From positions 248,001 to 312,000 of the forward strand of contig OZ025694.1 in NCBI GenBank assembly GCA_964019335.1: a stretch of 64,000 bases of DNA, read 5' to 3'. A model generated the notes under the pieces. That model was not told the DNA's origin, made no database searches, and worked only from the letters and a program-made list of their open reading frames with translations. The stretch is from Diplonema japonicum. Its lineage: Eukaryota > Protista > Euglenozoa: Diplonemea. Below are positions 45,782 to 56,662 of the stretch, piece after piece; within the stretch, counting starts at the first letter, position 1; the number at the start of each line of letters is the position of its first letter. A program made the translations under genes and the position numbers.

Positions 45782-47185
45782 ATGCGTCTTACAGTCTTCC
45801 TCGCCTTGGCAGCGACAACATTAGCTTCAAAGCAAAAAATCGCGGTCATCGGAGGCGGCTTCACAGGTGCCAGCACAGCATACTACTTAAATCAGCTTTG
45901 CGAGGACTGCTACGAGGTGACAATCTTTGAAGCACAAGACCGTTTGGGTGGAAGAGTCCTGCACCAGAAATGGCCCAACAGCAGCTTAATAGTCAACGCC
46001 GGTGGTGATGAATGGTCAAAGGTCAACACTTACTTGATGCAACTGATGCAAGAACTACCCATTGAAGAAGACACATACCCATCTAGACCCTACAAAACAA
46101 GCGGTTTATACCAAGGTGCAGGAAACCCTTGGATGCAAATGGCCGTCGATCGCAAAACTGACCCAAACTATGACAGTTCCGCGCTGATCATAGAAAAGCA
46201 AGTTCAGGAAGTCCAAGAATCTTTAAAATTAAACTACAAGGAGCGCGGGTTAAACCTAACCACGGGTAAGCCTTACGAGTCGATAGAAGAATTCGTAAGA
46301 TTCGGAGGTTTGGAATTGTTCACCGCAGATACAACAGCAACCCGTCTGGATAAAGTTGATGTTCTCATGATTAACAGAACTATCATCCCAGCGTGTCGGG
46401 ATATTTACGATCAAAGTATTGGGTTAAACAGTTTTGCTGGAATGGCGGTTGCTCTGTCGGCGCTGACCCCTGCGCATTCTTCTAAAGGTGGGAATGATCA
46501 AGTTGTCATGAAGCTTGTCGAAAAATCCGGTGCGAACACATTTTTATCATCGACGGTAGAAACAGTCTCGTTGCAGGCGAACGACAATGGTGCTGGGTCT
46601 TCATTTTACCTTTCTGTGAATCGTTCAAACCAAGGCCCGTTTGACAGGGTGGTGCTCGGTGCGCCGTTTGAAAACGCTGGGGTTTGGAACAACAACAACA
46701 CGGTTACTCCTATTAAATGGCAGGGATTTTCGCTTCCTTCATTCCCGCTGAGAAAATATCAGCATTGGTACGTGATTTGGGTCGAAGCCAAGGCAGCGAA
46801 CCCGGAAGCATTCGGGCTTTCCTCAAAGGATGTGGTACCCGACATAGCTCTTACGATGGCCAATTCCACTGCAAAATTTGTGAAGCTTGCAGCGGAGTAC
46901 GACCTCGAGAACGGGAACAAAGCGTTCCGGTTTTTCTCGAACGTCCCCATCACGAATCTTGATGAGCTTTTCACAGGGCTCACTTGGAACAAGACTTTCC
47001 ACTGGCCTTATACCTTCCCTGATCTCGCGCCGACATCGACTTTTCAGCCTGTCAAACTGCACGAAAGAATTTACTACCCGAATGCTTTGGAGTCGGTCGC
47101 GGTTGCAATGGAAATGGGTGTCATAGGAGGACGCAATGCGGCTATGCAGATTTATGCCGATGGGCAGAACCCTTCTAAGAAGTAA
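45782..47185 (+). CDS. PCYOX1: Prenylcysteine oxidase-like FAD-dependent oxidoreductase, secreted or lysosomal
   Basis: Signal peptide; IGGGFTG and EAQDRLGGR; C-terminal YPNALESVAVAMEMGVIGGRNAA resembles the prenylcysteine lyase family. Confidence 0.75.
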   Translation: MRLTVFLALAATTLASKQKIAVIGGGFTGASTAYYLNQLCEDCYEVTIFEAQDRLGGRVLHQKWPNSSLIVNAGGDEWSKVNTYLMQLMQELPIEEDTYPSRPYKTSGLYQGAGNPWMQMAVDRKTDPNYDSSALIIEKQVQEVQESLKLNYKERGLNLTTGKPYESIEEFVRFGGLELFTADTTATRLDKVDVLMINRTIIPACRDIYDQSIGLNSFAGMAVALSALTPAHSSKGGNDQVVMKLVEKSGANTFLSSTVETVSLQANDNGAGSSFYLSVNRSNQGPFDRVVLGAPFENAGVWNNNNTVTPIKWQGFSLPSFPLRKYQHWYVIWVEAKAANPEAFGLSSKDVVPDIALTMANSTAKFVKLAAEYDLENGNKAFRFFSNVPITNLDELFTGLTWNKTFHWPYTFPDLAPTSTFQPVKLHERIYYPNALESVAVAMEMGVIGGRNAAMQIYADGQNPSKK

Positions 47186-47213
47186 ATAAAAAAAATAAAT
47201 AAAAAAAGAAATT

Positions 47214-47297
47214 GTTTTTTTTGTTTTTTGTTTTTTGTTTTTTGTTTTTTGTTTTTTGTTTTTTGTTTTTTGTTTTTTGTTTTTTGTTTTTGTTTTG
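47214..47297 (+). repeat. (TTTTTTG)n simple repeat
   Basis: About 11 tandem units downstream of the oxidase gene. Confidence 0.9.
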
Positions 47298-48164
47298 ATA
47301 CAGCGCTTGAAAAAACAGCAGGTGCAGCACCAGTATTTCTTTTTTTTTTTTTTTTTTTTTTTTTCCCTTCGAAGAAATCCTGTAAATGGGGCGCACTTTG
47401 CCGCGAATTCTTTTTGTTTTTTGTTTTTTGTTTTAACAATATCATTTGTCGAGACTTTTTTTTTAAAAAAAAAAAAAAAAAGAAAAAGAAAAGAAAACTA
47501 GTTTGATGGCTACGTAATGAAGTTTATTATATTAGGGTAAAAGTCCGCTGTTGCGCTCAAGCAAATGAAACGCCCCTTTTTTTATAATGAACAGAACACA
47601 AGTTGTTATTTGTTAGTTATCATATAAAAAAGATTTTCTTTTTTTGTTGCCAGTGTTTCGCGTTACAAATAATCTCATTATTTAGGTAAAAAGAAAAAAA
47701 AGAAAAGTTTGCAACCCTTGCGCACAAATAAAACCCCCGCAAAAGAATTATTATTATTATTATTTTCTTTTTTTTTTTTGGGCAGTTCATCTTGTATTGT
47801 ATCCTTTTTTCCCCTACCCTGGGGAGGAGAAGAAAAAGAAAAAAAAAAAAGCAAGAAAGAAGAACTTTTTTAAAAAAAGAAGGGAACCATTTAGTATAAA
47901 CGTTTTTTTTTTTTTTTTTTAACACTTTATTTCTTTTTTTTTCTTCTTCTACTAACAATGAAAGAATAATAACTCCCTTCCCGCGCCCCCCTTCCCTCCT
48001 TTCCTTATCTCACCTGTTTCTTTTTTTTTTTCTTTTTTTTTCTCTACCTTCGCCACATTATTCTCTTTTTTTTTTTTTTTCCAAGAATGCGTCTTTTCTA
48101 CCTTTTCTACCAACTCGGCACGTACAAACAGCTGCCCGGTTTCTTTTTTTTTTTCATTTTTTCA

Positions 48165-48362
48165 TGGCATACATGGGAGCTAGGGAGGGTACTGAAGAAG
48201 GTGAAAGGAAGGAGGGCCTTCCCAGCGGACTGTGCACGAGGGTGCACACACAACGATCCATCGATCACCGAAGACAGGGAGAAACCGCTGCTGAAAGGGG
48301 ATAAGTGCAGGTAGTGGATGAGAACAAGGGGGCGTCTTACAAGGACTTCCTTTAACTCATAT
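48165..48362 (+). mobile_element. Deleted 3' fragment of the 37157 non-LTR family
   Basis: WHTWELGRVLKKVKGRRAFPA and the tail are nearly identical to 37851-38188, with internal deletions. Confidence 0.9.
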
Positions 48363-49182
48363 ATATTTTTATTAAATGTCTCTTTTTTTTCTTTTTTTTT
48401 TTATTTGCACGAATGCTGGTTTTCGTTGCATGTTATTTTGAATCTCCTTTTTTCTTTTTCTTCTTTTTTTTTTTTTTGTTGAGGAGCTAAGTCCTCTGCT
48501 CCTCCCACTCCATTCTCTACGTGTGGCAAGTCTTCTATTTTGTTTTTTTTTCCCCCCTTTTTTTTTGGATGGGTTGTTTAAAACACGTTTCATTTCTTCA
48601 CTAACGGGGACCTGATAGTCACATGCACAGTACTTTATTTGACAAAAATTAAACTATTTGTTAGTTGGAAAATAGTACATAAAGAAGTAACGAAGGAAAG
48701 CGTTTTTGCAGTATATTCTTTGCAGGCACCCTTAAATAGTCTCTTTTTTTTTTCTTTTCTTTTTTTTGCTCCTTCTACTATTCTGCGGTCATTTTTCTTC
48801 AAGAGAATTAAGAAAGAATTGCGCAAAAAAAAAAAAATCTGGAAGGGGAAGAAGCAAAAGGTTTTATAAAAAGAAAAAGATAAAAATGAACGCCTTCTCC
48901 TTTTTTTTTTCCCCCCTTATATATTGATTTTGAAATCTTTTTTTGAGATTTAAAAAAAAAAATAAATAAAAAGAACGAAAAAAAAGAAAAGTTGCGAAAA
49001 AGAAGAGAGAACAGAAAAAAAAACTGAACCGCTCCATGTAAAAAAAAAAAAAGAAAAAAAAAATACCCCCCTGGTTTTTTTGTTCTTCTTTTCTTTTTTT
49101 TCCTTTCGAAAAAAAAAAAAAAAAAACCATTACTTTTGAGTAAAAGAGCACCCGGGACACCGGGGGGGGGAAAAAAAAATAC

Positions 49183-49845
49183 ATGAACCTTCACATAATA
49201 CTTGCACTCTCCGCCTCGGCTCTGCCGTCGGAAAGCAACAACACAAACCCCTTAAACTGGCGGCAAAATATAGCCATGATCACTATCGAAGCCAGCGATT
49301 TCGAAACCGCAGCAGCAGGCAGCAGGGTTGCATCAGAAAGGGCAAACGAGGTGCTCGGCAGCGAAGGATGGTCAGGTTGCGGTGAGGTGTGCAAAACAAG
49401 GGGAGGGGACGGGCCAATGTGCTTCCCGTGCAACAACCTGCAGCAAGGCGGGAATTCGTCAATCACCATCCAGCGTTTCACCTACACCCTTAGCGTTTAC
49501 AGCATGCTGACCCCAACGGGCGTGTACGAGTTCATAAAGACCAACCAGCAGTTTATGCATTTCAAGTTGTCCATTACCTACATTAGCCACACTGTCAACG
49601 GGCATAATTTCAACTCCCCGGAGTCGATACACCTAGAGTCTGTTGTCATCCTTTCCTTTGTGATTATCTGCTTGGTCACGCTTGCCGTCTGTTACTGCCG
49701 TCACATCACACCATCTTCCTTGCCGAGGAGCATGCCCTCTCCCACCCCCAACGAGCCTATAGATACTGCCGAAGAGGTTCACGGTGACAAGGGAAAACCC
49801 AAACGGGACAATAGTAGTGGTGATGAAGAGGTGACGAAGGTGTAG
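49183..49845 (+). CDS. Small type I membrane protein of unknown function
   Basis: Signal-like N-terminus, four Cys, TM segment VVILSFVIICLVTLAVCYC and a disordered tail. Confidence 0.7.
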   Translation: MNLHIILALSASALPSESNNTNPLNWRQNIAMITIEASDFETAAAGSRVASERANEVLGSEGWSGCGEVCKTRGGDGPMCFPCNNLQQGGNSSITIQRFTYTLSVYSMLTPTGVYEFIKTNQQFMHFKLSITYISHTVNGHNFNSPESIHLESVVILSFVIICLVTLAVCYCRHITPSSLPRSMPSPTPNEPIDTAEEVHGDKGKPKRDNSSGDEEVTKV

Positions 49846-50664
49846 TGAAAATCTTCTTGTTTTTTTCCCTTATTTACATCGGGGAAAAGGAAAGGAAGAG
49901 AAAAAAAAAAGAAAACGAGAAGAAAAATGATGGGTTATTCCTTTTCAACCCCCCCCCCCCCTTTACCGTTACACTCGCTAAATCTAAATTTTTTTTCCCC
50001 CCTTTTTCTTTTTTTTTTTAGTTTAAAGAACAACACCCATATATTAAAAAAGAATTCGGTTGTCTTTTTGCTTTTTTTTTTTTTCTTTCGTTCCCCCTCC
50101 GAAGGGTACTCCAGTGGATTCCGCATCGGTCAGCTTGACTCTGCTGTTATCACCGGAATTGTTGTCCTCAGCCCCCAGGGGAAGGTAACGTCCCTATGCG
50201 GTATGAGCATCGCCTTTCTCAAGGCGGCGATCAATCACGTTCTTCAGAAAATGAAGAAGACTTATGTAGGTCACCACCCTCAGCTTTAGGGTCCTGCTGA
50301 CAATGGAAGGCCAGTTCTTGACCCCGAAGTCCCTTCGCCCTTCCAGGTTTCCCCATCCTGGTGCTCAAGAGGAGGGAGTATGAGATATTTATCCCGATCA
50401 GCTCGTCCGCTCTTCCACCCCTGAAAGAGCGATACCTCACAAAGACGGCTCTCTCGAAAACTTAGCACCTTTGTAGCGGATGGCGTGTTCGGTGCCGTAC
50501 CGGTGATTCTCTTGCCCTGACCTCATCCGTTCTGTGTGCTTTTGTGCAATGCTTCTGTGCAGATGCTCGGCATGGCCTTCCTAAGGTACCGTGTTTGCGT
50601 TGTAAATGAATTAGTAAAAAAAAGAAAGGACACAAAAGAGGGAAGAAAAAAAAAAAAAAAAGAA

Positions 50665-51765
50665 ATGTCGGACATCGATGAATGTTGGGAGTACCTTGCT
50701 GACGATCTGAAGGACATGAGAATAGGGGGCAGCTCCGAGTGGGACGAAAAAAGGCTTAAGGAGGCGTGCGACGAAGGGGCCGAGGATGCCACCTTCCGGT
50801 CTATCGTGCAACAGCTCGTGCAGGAACTGGTGGGGCGGACCCTCGACACTCGCCAGAAGCTCGGCTTCTACAAATCCATCAACTTCGCAATGACATCAGC
50901 CAGAGTGGAGACCTACATGCCCCTCAAACTTAACAACACAAAAGACGACCGTCGATATCTCGTAGAATACCTCACGGGCGAAGTCATGGCCAACAGGATG
51001 CTAGAAACAAACCTTTTAGAACAATCCGGCGAAGATGTCAGGCTCTACCAGTCTGGCGACTTGGAAAAGAACCTATCAAGCCACTGCAAATCCATCTGCA
51101 ACTCGATGGGCTACACCACCGCGAGAATCGGTACCGCGATCATGAAAAAAGTTGAAATGGAGCTCCCCGAAAAGCTTAAGAAGATATCCCCCGAGCTGCT
51201 CCTCCCCATATTGGATAAATCTGCCGTGACGCCGGAGGATGAAGAGTTTTTGAAAGCGGCACTAACCTTGCTTCGGTGTGCTTACTCCAAGCGCCGATCC
51301 CTCTTACTCCGACGGACGGAGGGCACTTTTCAATCGTTCCAGTGGTCTGACAAACCAGGCATCGACTTATTCAAATTGAAGAACCGATCTGACTCAATGC
51401 TTGCTGAGTTGTCTACAAAGCCGTCTGTCGCGATGTCGATGCTATACACCATCACACCGCTTAACCTTTATGTCGCGATGCGGACGGGAATGGCAGATCT
51501 TACAAGAAAGCCTGTTTTATATGGGGCGCACAAGTCGTACAAGGTAGGTAAGGTACCTGATCGAGACGGGCGGATTAACACGTATAATGCGGAGGAACGG
51601 TTGGAGCAGGATGTGGTCAGGGCGAACCAGCGGATGAGGGGCGAGAAGTCAGGGGGGTACCAAAGAAAACAGGACTGGAAATGCCCGAATTGCAGTGCGG
51701 ATGTATACGGGTCGAAGGATAAATGCTTCAGGTGCCATACAACTAGAGATGGGAAGAAGGTTTTT

Positions 51766-51800
<35 letters not shown>

Positions 51801-52200
51801 CACAGCCCTCGGACTGGCTGTGCAATAACTGCAACGCTACCGTTTTCGCTAGCAAGTCGCATTGCTTTAAGTGCGGTGCTGCGAAGGGGAATTCCCCAGA
51901 TGCTTCCACTGCCCAGCGAGGCGGGGGCGGATACCAACCCCGTGGAAATGACAAGAACAGAATGCAAGGGTCAAAGGGAACAGGCGGAGGCAAAGGAAAG
52001 TCAGGGAAAGGGTTTGGGGCTGCAAACCGTGACGTTGGTATTTTGGAAAAAAGGGAAAAAAAAAAAAAAAAAAAAAAATCAGTACAAAGCGGCACGCATT
52101 ACAACCAATCTCGGGGTGGCGGAGGTTACCAGGTTTGTGGAAAAAAAACAGGGAGGGGAAAAAATAAAAATTCACACTCCAGGGATACAGCGGGAAATGA
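50665..52200 (+). CDS. FAM98: FAM98 family protein with two RanBP2-type zinc fingers and a Gly-rich tail; 4 predicted exons (50665-51759, 51806-52037, 52083-52132, 52183-52200)
   Basis: YSKRRSLLLRR..TFQSFQWS and VPDRDGR (FAM98 motifs); DWKCPNC..CFRC and DWLCNNC..CFKC fingers; frames joined by GT-AG introns. Confidence 0.8.
51760..51805 (+). other. 46-nt poly(A) GT-AG intron
   Basis: aag|gtttttc(A-run)cccacag|ccc; phase-0 removal fuses the two zinc fingers in frame. Confidence 0.85.
52038..52082 (+). other. 45-nt poly(A) GT-AG intron
   Basis: gtattttgg(A-rich)tcag; removal deletes a poly-Lys stretch. The length is a multiple of 3, so the frame does not force this call. Confidence 0.65.
52133..52182 (+). 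other. 50-nt A-rich GT-AG intron
   Basis: cag|gtttgt..actccag|gga gives GGGYQ-GYSGK*. Confidence 0.6.
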
Positions 52201-52595
52201 TAGGAGATGGCAAAAACAAACAAGGGGGCTTTGGGTCACGGGGTCCAGGGAGGAAAAAAAAAGGGGGGGAGAAGAATGGCTCTCCCTTCATATCTGTTCG
52301 GGGAGTGTGGACCTCACGATGGTTTTTCTTCTTTTTTCTTTTTATATTCTTTTTTTTTTTTTTTTTTACAACTTACTTATAACAGCTGTTTCTTTTTTTT
52401 TGGGGGGGGGGATAGGGGAGAATGGAAAAAAGAAAAAGAAAAGAAAAAAGAAATACCGCCAAAAAAAAAAAAGAATCCCTTTCTTGTCCTTTCAAGTACC
52501 TCTCTAACATTCTTTTTTTTTTATATATATTTTTTTACATCCCTTCCATGTTTATAAAAAAAAAAAAATTAAAAAAAACAGATTTTTAATATAAA

Positions 52596-54137
52596 ATGCC
52601 ACCTAGCAACAGTTTTATCCTGCTCGCGTGTTGTGCGGCAACAGCAACAGCGATGAGCCAACAAGCGGCTCTTTCCCGTGCCCGCTCAGGCGAGACCCAT
52701 GGCAAGAGCACCTACGCAATGTCCACCAACGGAGTGGAAGTATTCTACAACATGCAGTACCTCGGTCTGTTACCCCCAGAGGGTACCATAGATGTCGCTG
52801 TAGCAGGGGACCGCCTCTTCCTACTAGGGAGAACCGTGGCGCATAACATGCTGAGAATATACCAAACCACGGAAGGTGAGGTCCCGAAAAGAATAGATAG
52901 TTATTCCGGGTTATCGACCGAGGCGGAGGTCCACCCGATTGCCGTGAAGGCGCTCAACGAGACCGCCATATTCATCGCAGCGAAAAACGCAATTTACGCA
53001 ATCGATTTGATCGAAAGAACGATCTGGGCCACCGCAAAAATCGATGGGTGCAAATCCGTCTCCCTCTTGGACGGTGCTATCGCGGTTATCGATTCCTCCA
53101 ATATGGTCAGCCTGTTCAGCACGGCAACATTGGAAAGACTCGACACCGTGAGAACCCACGGGTTGCCCGTTGTATTATCCAGCGATGAAACCGATCGATT
53201 CTTCACCGTGAGCGATGAATGCTGGTTGGAACAGTACCAAGTAACACACGATTTCCGTGTCAAGAACATCTTTAGCAAGCAAGCTTGTGTTGTTTTCCCA
53301 AACGGGAGCCACAAACTACATTACACACCCACAACGCTGGAATACGACTCGGATCGCGAAAATATTTTTTTCTCGTACGGGTTGGCACCTTGCAGTGTGT
53401 ACGGATGCGGTGTTGTCTTCGCATATAATGTGGCTGCAGGAACATCACGCAAAATGTACACACCCAAGGGAGACATTCTGAGCGTGTCGCACATTAACGC
53501 AAGCCATCTGTTATCCTGCTCAGAAAGTTCAGGTTGTGCTGTTGTAGATCTCGTTTCCGATTTTTTCGAACAGTATGCGAACGACAGAGTTGTGGAAAAC
53601 CCCGTGCCAGGCTCTGTGGAGAATCCGGAGGACTTCATGCGCGACCACATGGCTGAGATAATCGCCGCCGTTGTGCTTTTTCTGATGCTGATTTTCGCGT
53701 TTTACCTTCGCAGATTATTGAAGGAAAACGAGCGCCGACGGAATGAGGCCAATCGACAAACCGTTCGCGGCCCTGAAGACCACAACAACAATGAAGAGGT
53801 TTGTACCCCCCAAGCTTTGCCTCCCCAGCCTTATGGCGAGGATCTAACCGCACCCGAACACATGGTGTGTCCTATTTCGCTAGAGATTATGGTAGACCCT
53901 GTTGTTTGTGTTGATGGGTATCATAATTTTGAGAGGTATCACATTGAACGGTTTTTGAGTAAGGTGAAGAGCGAATGTCCTGTGAGTAGGCAGGCGATGT
54001 GTGCTGAGGATATTAAGGAAAATACCGGTTTGAAAAAGGAAATTCTTGAGTGGGTCAACGAAAACCGAGCGAAGACGGGCAAGGACGAACATTTCGACAA
54101 CAAAAGCTCAGAAGACTCTGATAGCTGTGAAGTGTGA
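52596..54137 (+). CDS. Signal peptide + beta-rich ectodomain + TM + cytoplasmic U-box (putative E3 ligase), paralog 1
   Basis: PEHMVCPISLEIMVDPV..DGYHNFER.HIE.FL..CPVSRQ..N..LK.EI.EW is a U-box; TM segment IIAAVVLFLMLIFAFYL. Confidence 0.85.
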   Translation: MPPSNSFILLACCAATATAMSQQAALSRARSGETHGKSTYAMSTNGVEVFYNMQYLGLLPPEGTIDVAVAGDRLFLLGRTVAHNMLRIYQTTEGEVPKRIDSYSGLSTEAEVHPIAVKALNETAIFIAAKNAIYAIDLIERTIWATAKIDGCKSVSLLDGAIAVIDSSNMVSLFSTATLERLDTVRTHGLPVVLSSDETDRFFTVSDECWLEQYQVTHDFRVKNIFSKQACVVFPNGSHKLHYTPTTLEYDSDRENIFFSYGLAPCSVYGCGVVFAYNVAAGTSRKMYTPKGDILSVSHINASHLLSCSESSGCAVVDLVSDFFEQYANDRVVENPVPGSVENPEDFMRDHMAEIIAAVVLFLMLIFAFYLRRLLKENERRRNEANRQTVRGPEDHNNNEEVCTPQALPPQPYGEDLTAPEHMVCPISLEIMVDPVVCVDGYHNFERYHIERFLSKVKSECPVSRQAMCAEDIKENTGLKKEILEWVNENRAKTGKDEHFDNKSSEDSDSCEV

Positions 54138-54534
54138 TATTGTTTTCGTGTACAATCGAAGCGCACACTGACTGCTTTGCAACAGGGACCGCCTATAAGA
54201 CCTGAATTGGAAACAATGGCGAGGTTAGGTTAGCTTATACGCAAAGGGCAAAGCCTCTTCTTCTTTAAGAAAGTGTGCAGCTGGCCTTCCATATATTTCT
54301 CCTCCCCCCCTTTTTTTTTCCCCCTCCCTGTTTGCACCCACTTGTTTGTGGAGTTACTTTCAGAGGGGGGCTATTATACTATTTTTTTTTTTTGAAATTG
54401 TATATTCGAGAAGGGAAAAAAAAAAAAAAAAAAAGAAGGAAAAAAAAGAGAGAGAGAAAAAAAAAAAAAGAAATACTTCTGCAAGGATGGGAAACAACTC
54501 CTCTTTTTTTTTTTCTTTTTTTCCTTTTTTGCTT

Positions 54535-55211
54535 GCGATCATCAGGAGAGTGAGCGCGAAGCAGGAAACGAAGAAGGCCGCGGTAGAAAGGTTCCCTTGG
54601 AACAGACCGCTGGTTGGAAGAGGGTGCTCGGTGCCAAGCCTGGATTGGTACAAGAACAACGGACTGAAACACTTCCAAGGGGATACGATTGTCCCAGAAG
54701 TGCTCAAATGGCTTCGCATGCTGCAGTGGAGCCCACATGGTTCAGTCTCAAGGATAGAGCTCGCACTCGACTTTGAGGCCACGACCAAACAGCTCATCTT
54801 GGAAGATACGGCTGACGTACGTAAGCGTGCAAACCGGCTAGCTAAAGTTCTGACAAAACTGTCAGAGGTGGCCGAAAAGAAAGCACGACCCCCTCCTATC
54901 CCCGGGAAACCTTTCTGACATCCTCCCTCCGATCCATTGGTGCAAACAAACGGATCCGAGGGTATACCTGCAGACCCACATTCGCATCGTACGACAAGGT
55001 GCGCTTCATCCTCGAACAGCGACTCGCAACCGGTTCACCGGGGAGAGACGACTGGAGCGACAAGCTCGTGCCGACCTACCTCGAACCTACCCGAAGTATC
55101 CCCACCCCATCTGCCGATAAAAATGCAGCGACGCAGAAGGGTAACAACACAAGATAGACCCCCCACCACGCTGCACACTTAACGCCAAATAGTGTTGCAA
55201 CCAAAGCCCCA
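54535..55211 (+). mobile_element. 3' fragment of a third non-LTR family with a different tail
   Basis: LKWLRMLQW..VSRIELALDFE; after a frameshift SLRSIG..GYTCRPTFAS..QKGNNTR*; tail gtgttgcaaccaaagcccca followed by poly(T). Confidence 0.85.
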
Positions 55212-55295
55212 TTTTTTTTTTTTTTTTTTGCCTTCTTATGTGTATTCATTTTCTGCATTAAATCTTTTTTTGGTTTTTTTTTTTTTTTTAAACGG

Positions 55296-55331
<36 letters not shown>

Positions 55332-56571
55332 ATGTTTTTGGCTTGCGCGCAACAAAGAATAAACAAACAACAGCAGTGGTTTCTTTTGTTTTTTGTTGAA
55401 AAAAAGAGCAAAATACGTCGGTTTTTTTTTTTTTATTATTACTTTTTTAGATAGCTGTGTCGCTAGTAGAGCTATCTGCATATCCGTAAGAAAGAAAAAA
55501 AAAGATTGAAAAATAAAATACGAAGGGGAAAACTTAAATTTAAATAAAGAGAGAAAAGAAAATCGATAGCTCCCCCAGAATCCCCTGAAGGGCAACACTA
55601 TTTTCTTTCCCCCCCCCCTCCCTTTCTCTTTTGTTTCTCTATTCCCTTTTTCTTCTCTTTTTTTGGTACATTATTGACCTTACATTACATTACTTTCCTT
55701 TCTCCCTCCTGCCCTTGTCTCAAGAAACAAACCCCCAGAGTTAACTTTCTGAAGGGTATGTTTCTATTGCTTTTTTTTTAAAAAGCTTTTATTTTATTCT
55801 TTTTTCCGTCTTTCTTTACTTTAGGGGGTTATAAGCTCACTCCTGTGACCAAGTAAGTTTTTTTTTAGAGAAAAAACAAAATACAACATAAAAAAGAAAA
55901 TTGTTTTTCTTTTACTAACCTTTACGACCCGACATTTTCGTTCTCTCTCTCTTTTTTTTTTTTTTTTTTTCTTCTAAAAAGAAAAAAGAAGAAAAAAAAG
56001 GGGGGGGAAAAAAAACACATATTCCCCTTTTTATTACTTCCTCCCGAGGGAAAAGAGAATAAGAAAAAGCAGCAAACATAAGCTGCTCAGAAAAAAAAAT
56101 TCTTTTTTTAACTGACCCACTATTCTGTCGTTAAATGCCAGACACTCGAGGGGCCTGCCTGTGTTCCTTAGTGATTAAAAAGAAAAAAGGAATCCTACCT
56201 GCACTATCCCCCATATTGCTGCCCTATCCCGGGGCACGTAAAAAAATATTTGCATGAAGTTCTTTTTTTATTCTTTCTTACCAACTTGAGATGGGGGGAG
56301 GAAAAAAAAAACGAGAAAAGAAAAAGGAAGAAGAAAAAGATATGTGAACTGGAGTGTCGCTCAGCGACCTCCTTTCAGCTCATATTAATTAAAAAGATTG
56401 CTGGAATTCTAGTATTTGGCCTTTTTTTTTTCTGTTCTTTTCTTTCTTCTTTTTCTTTTTTGTTTCTTCCGTACTTCCTTCCCTCCCCCCCCCCCCTTTT
56501 TTTATTTCGCATTAAAAATCTCCCACTCCCCATAATCGCTACACTACTATTATTTTCTTTTTTCTTTTTCT

Positions 56572-56603
<32 letters not shown>

Positions 56604-56662
56604 CCGCGTGCAAAAAAAAAAAAAAAAAAAAGCTTTCAAAACAAAAAACAAAAAAAAAAACC

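Noticed and set aside
47214-47297. Interstitial telomeric repeat
   Set aside because: The T6G unit is not TTAGGG-like and fits slippage within a T-tract.
51767-51798. Programmed ribosomal frameshift or homopolymer error at the poly(A)
   Set aside because: GT..CAG boundaries give a clean phase-0 join regardless of A-run length, and similar introns recur nearby.
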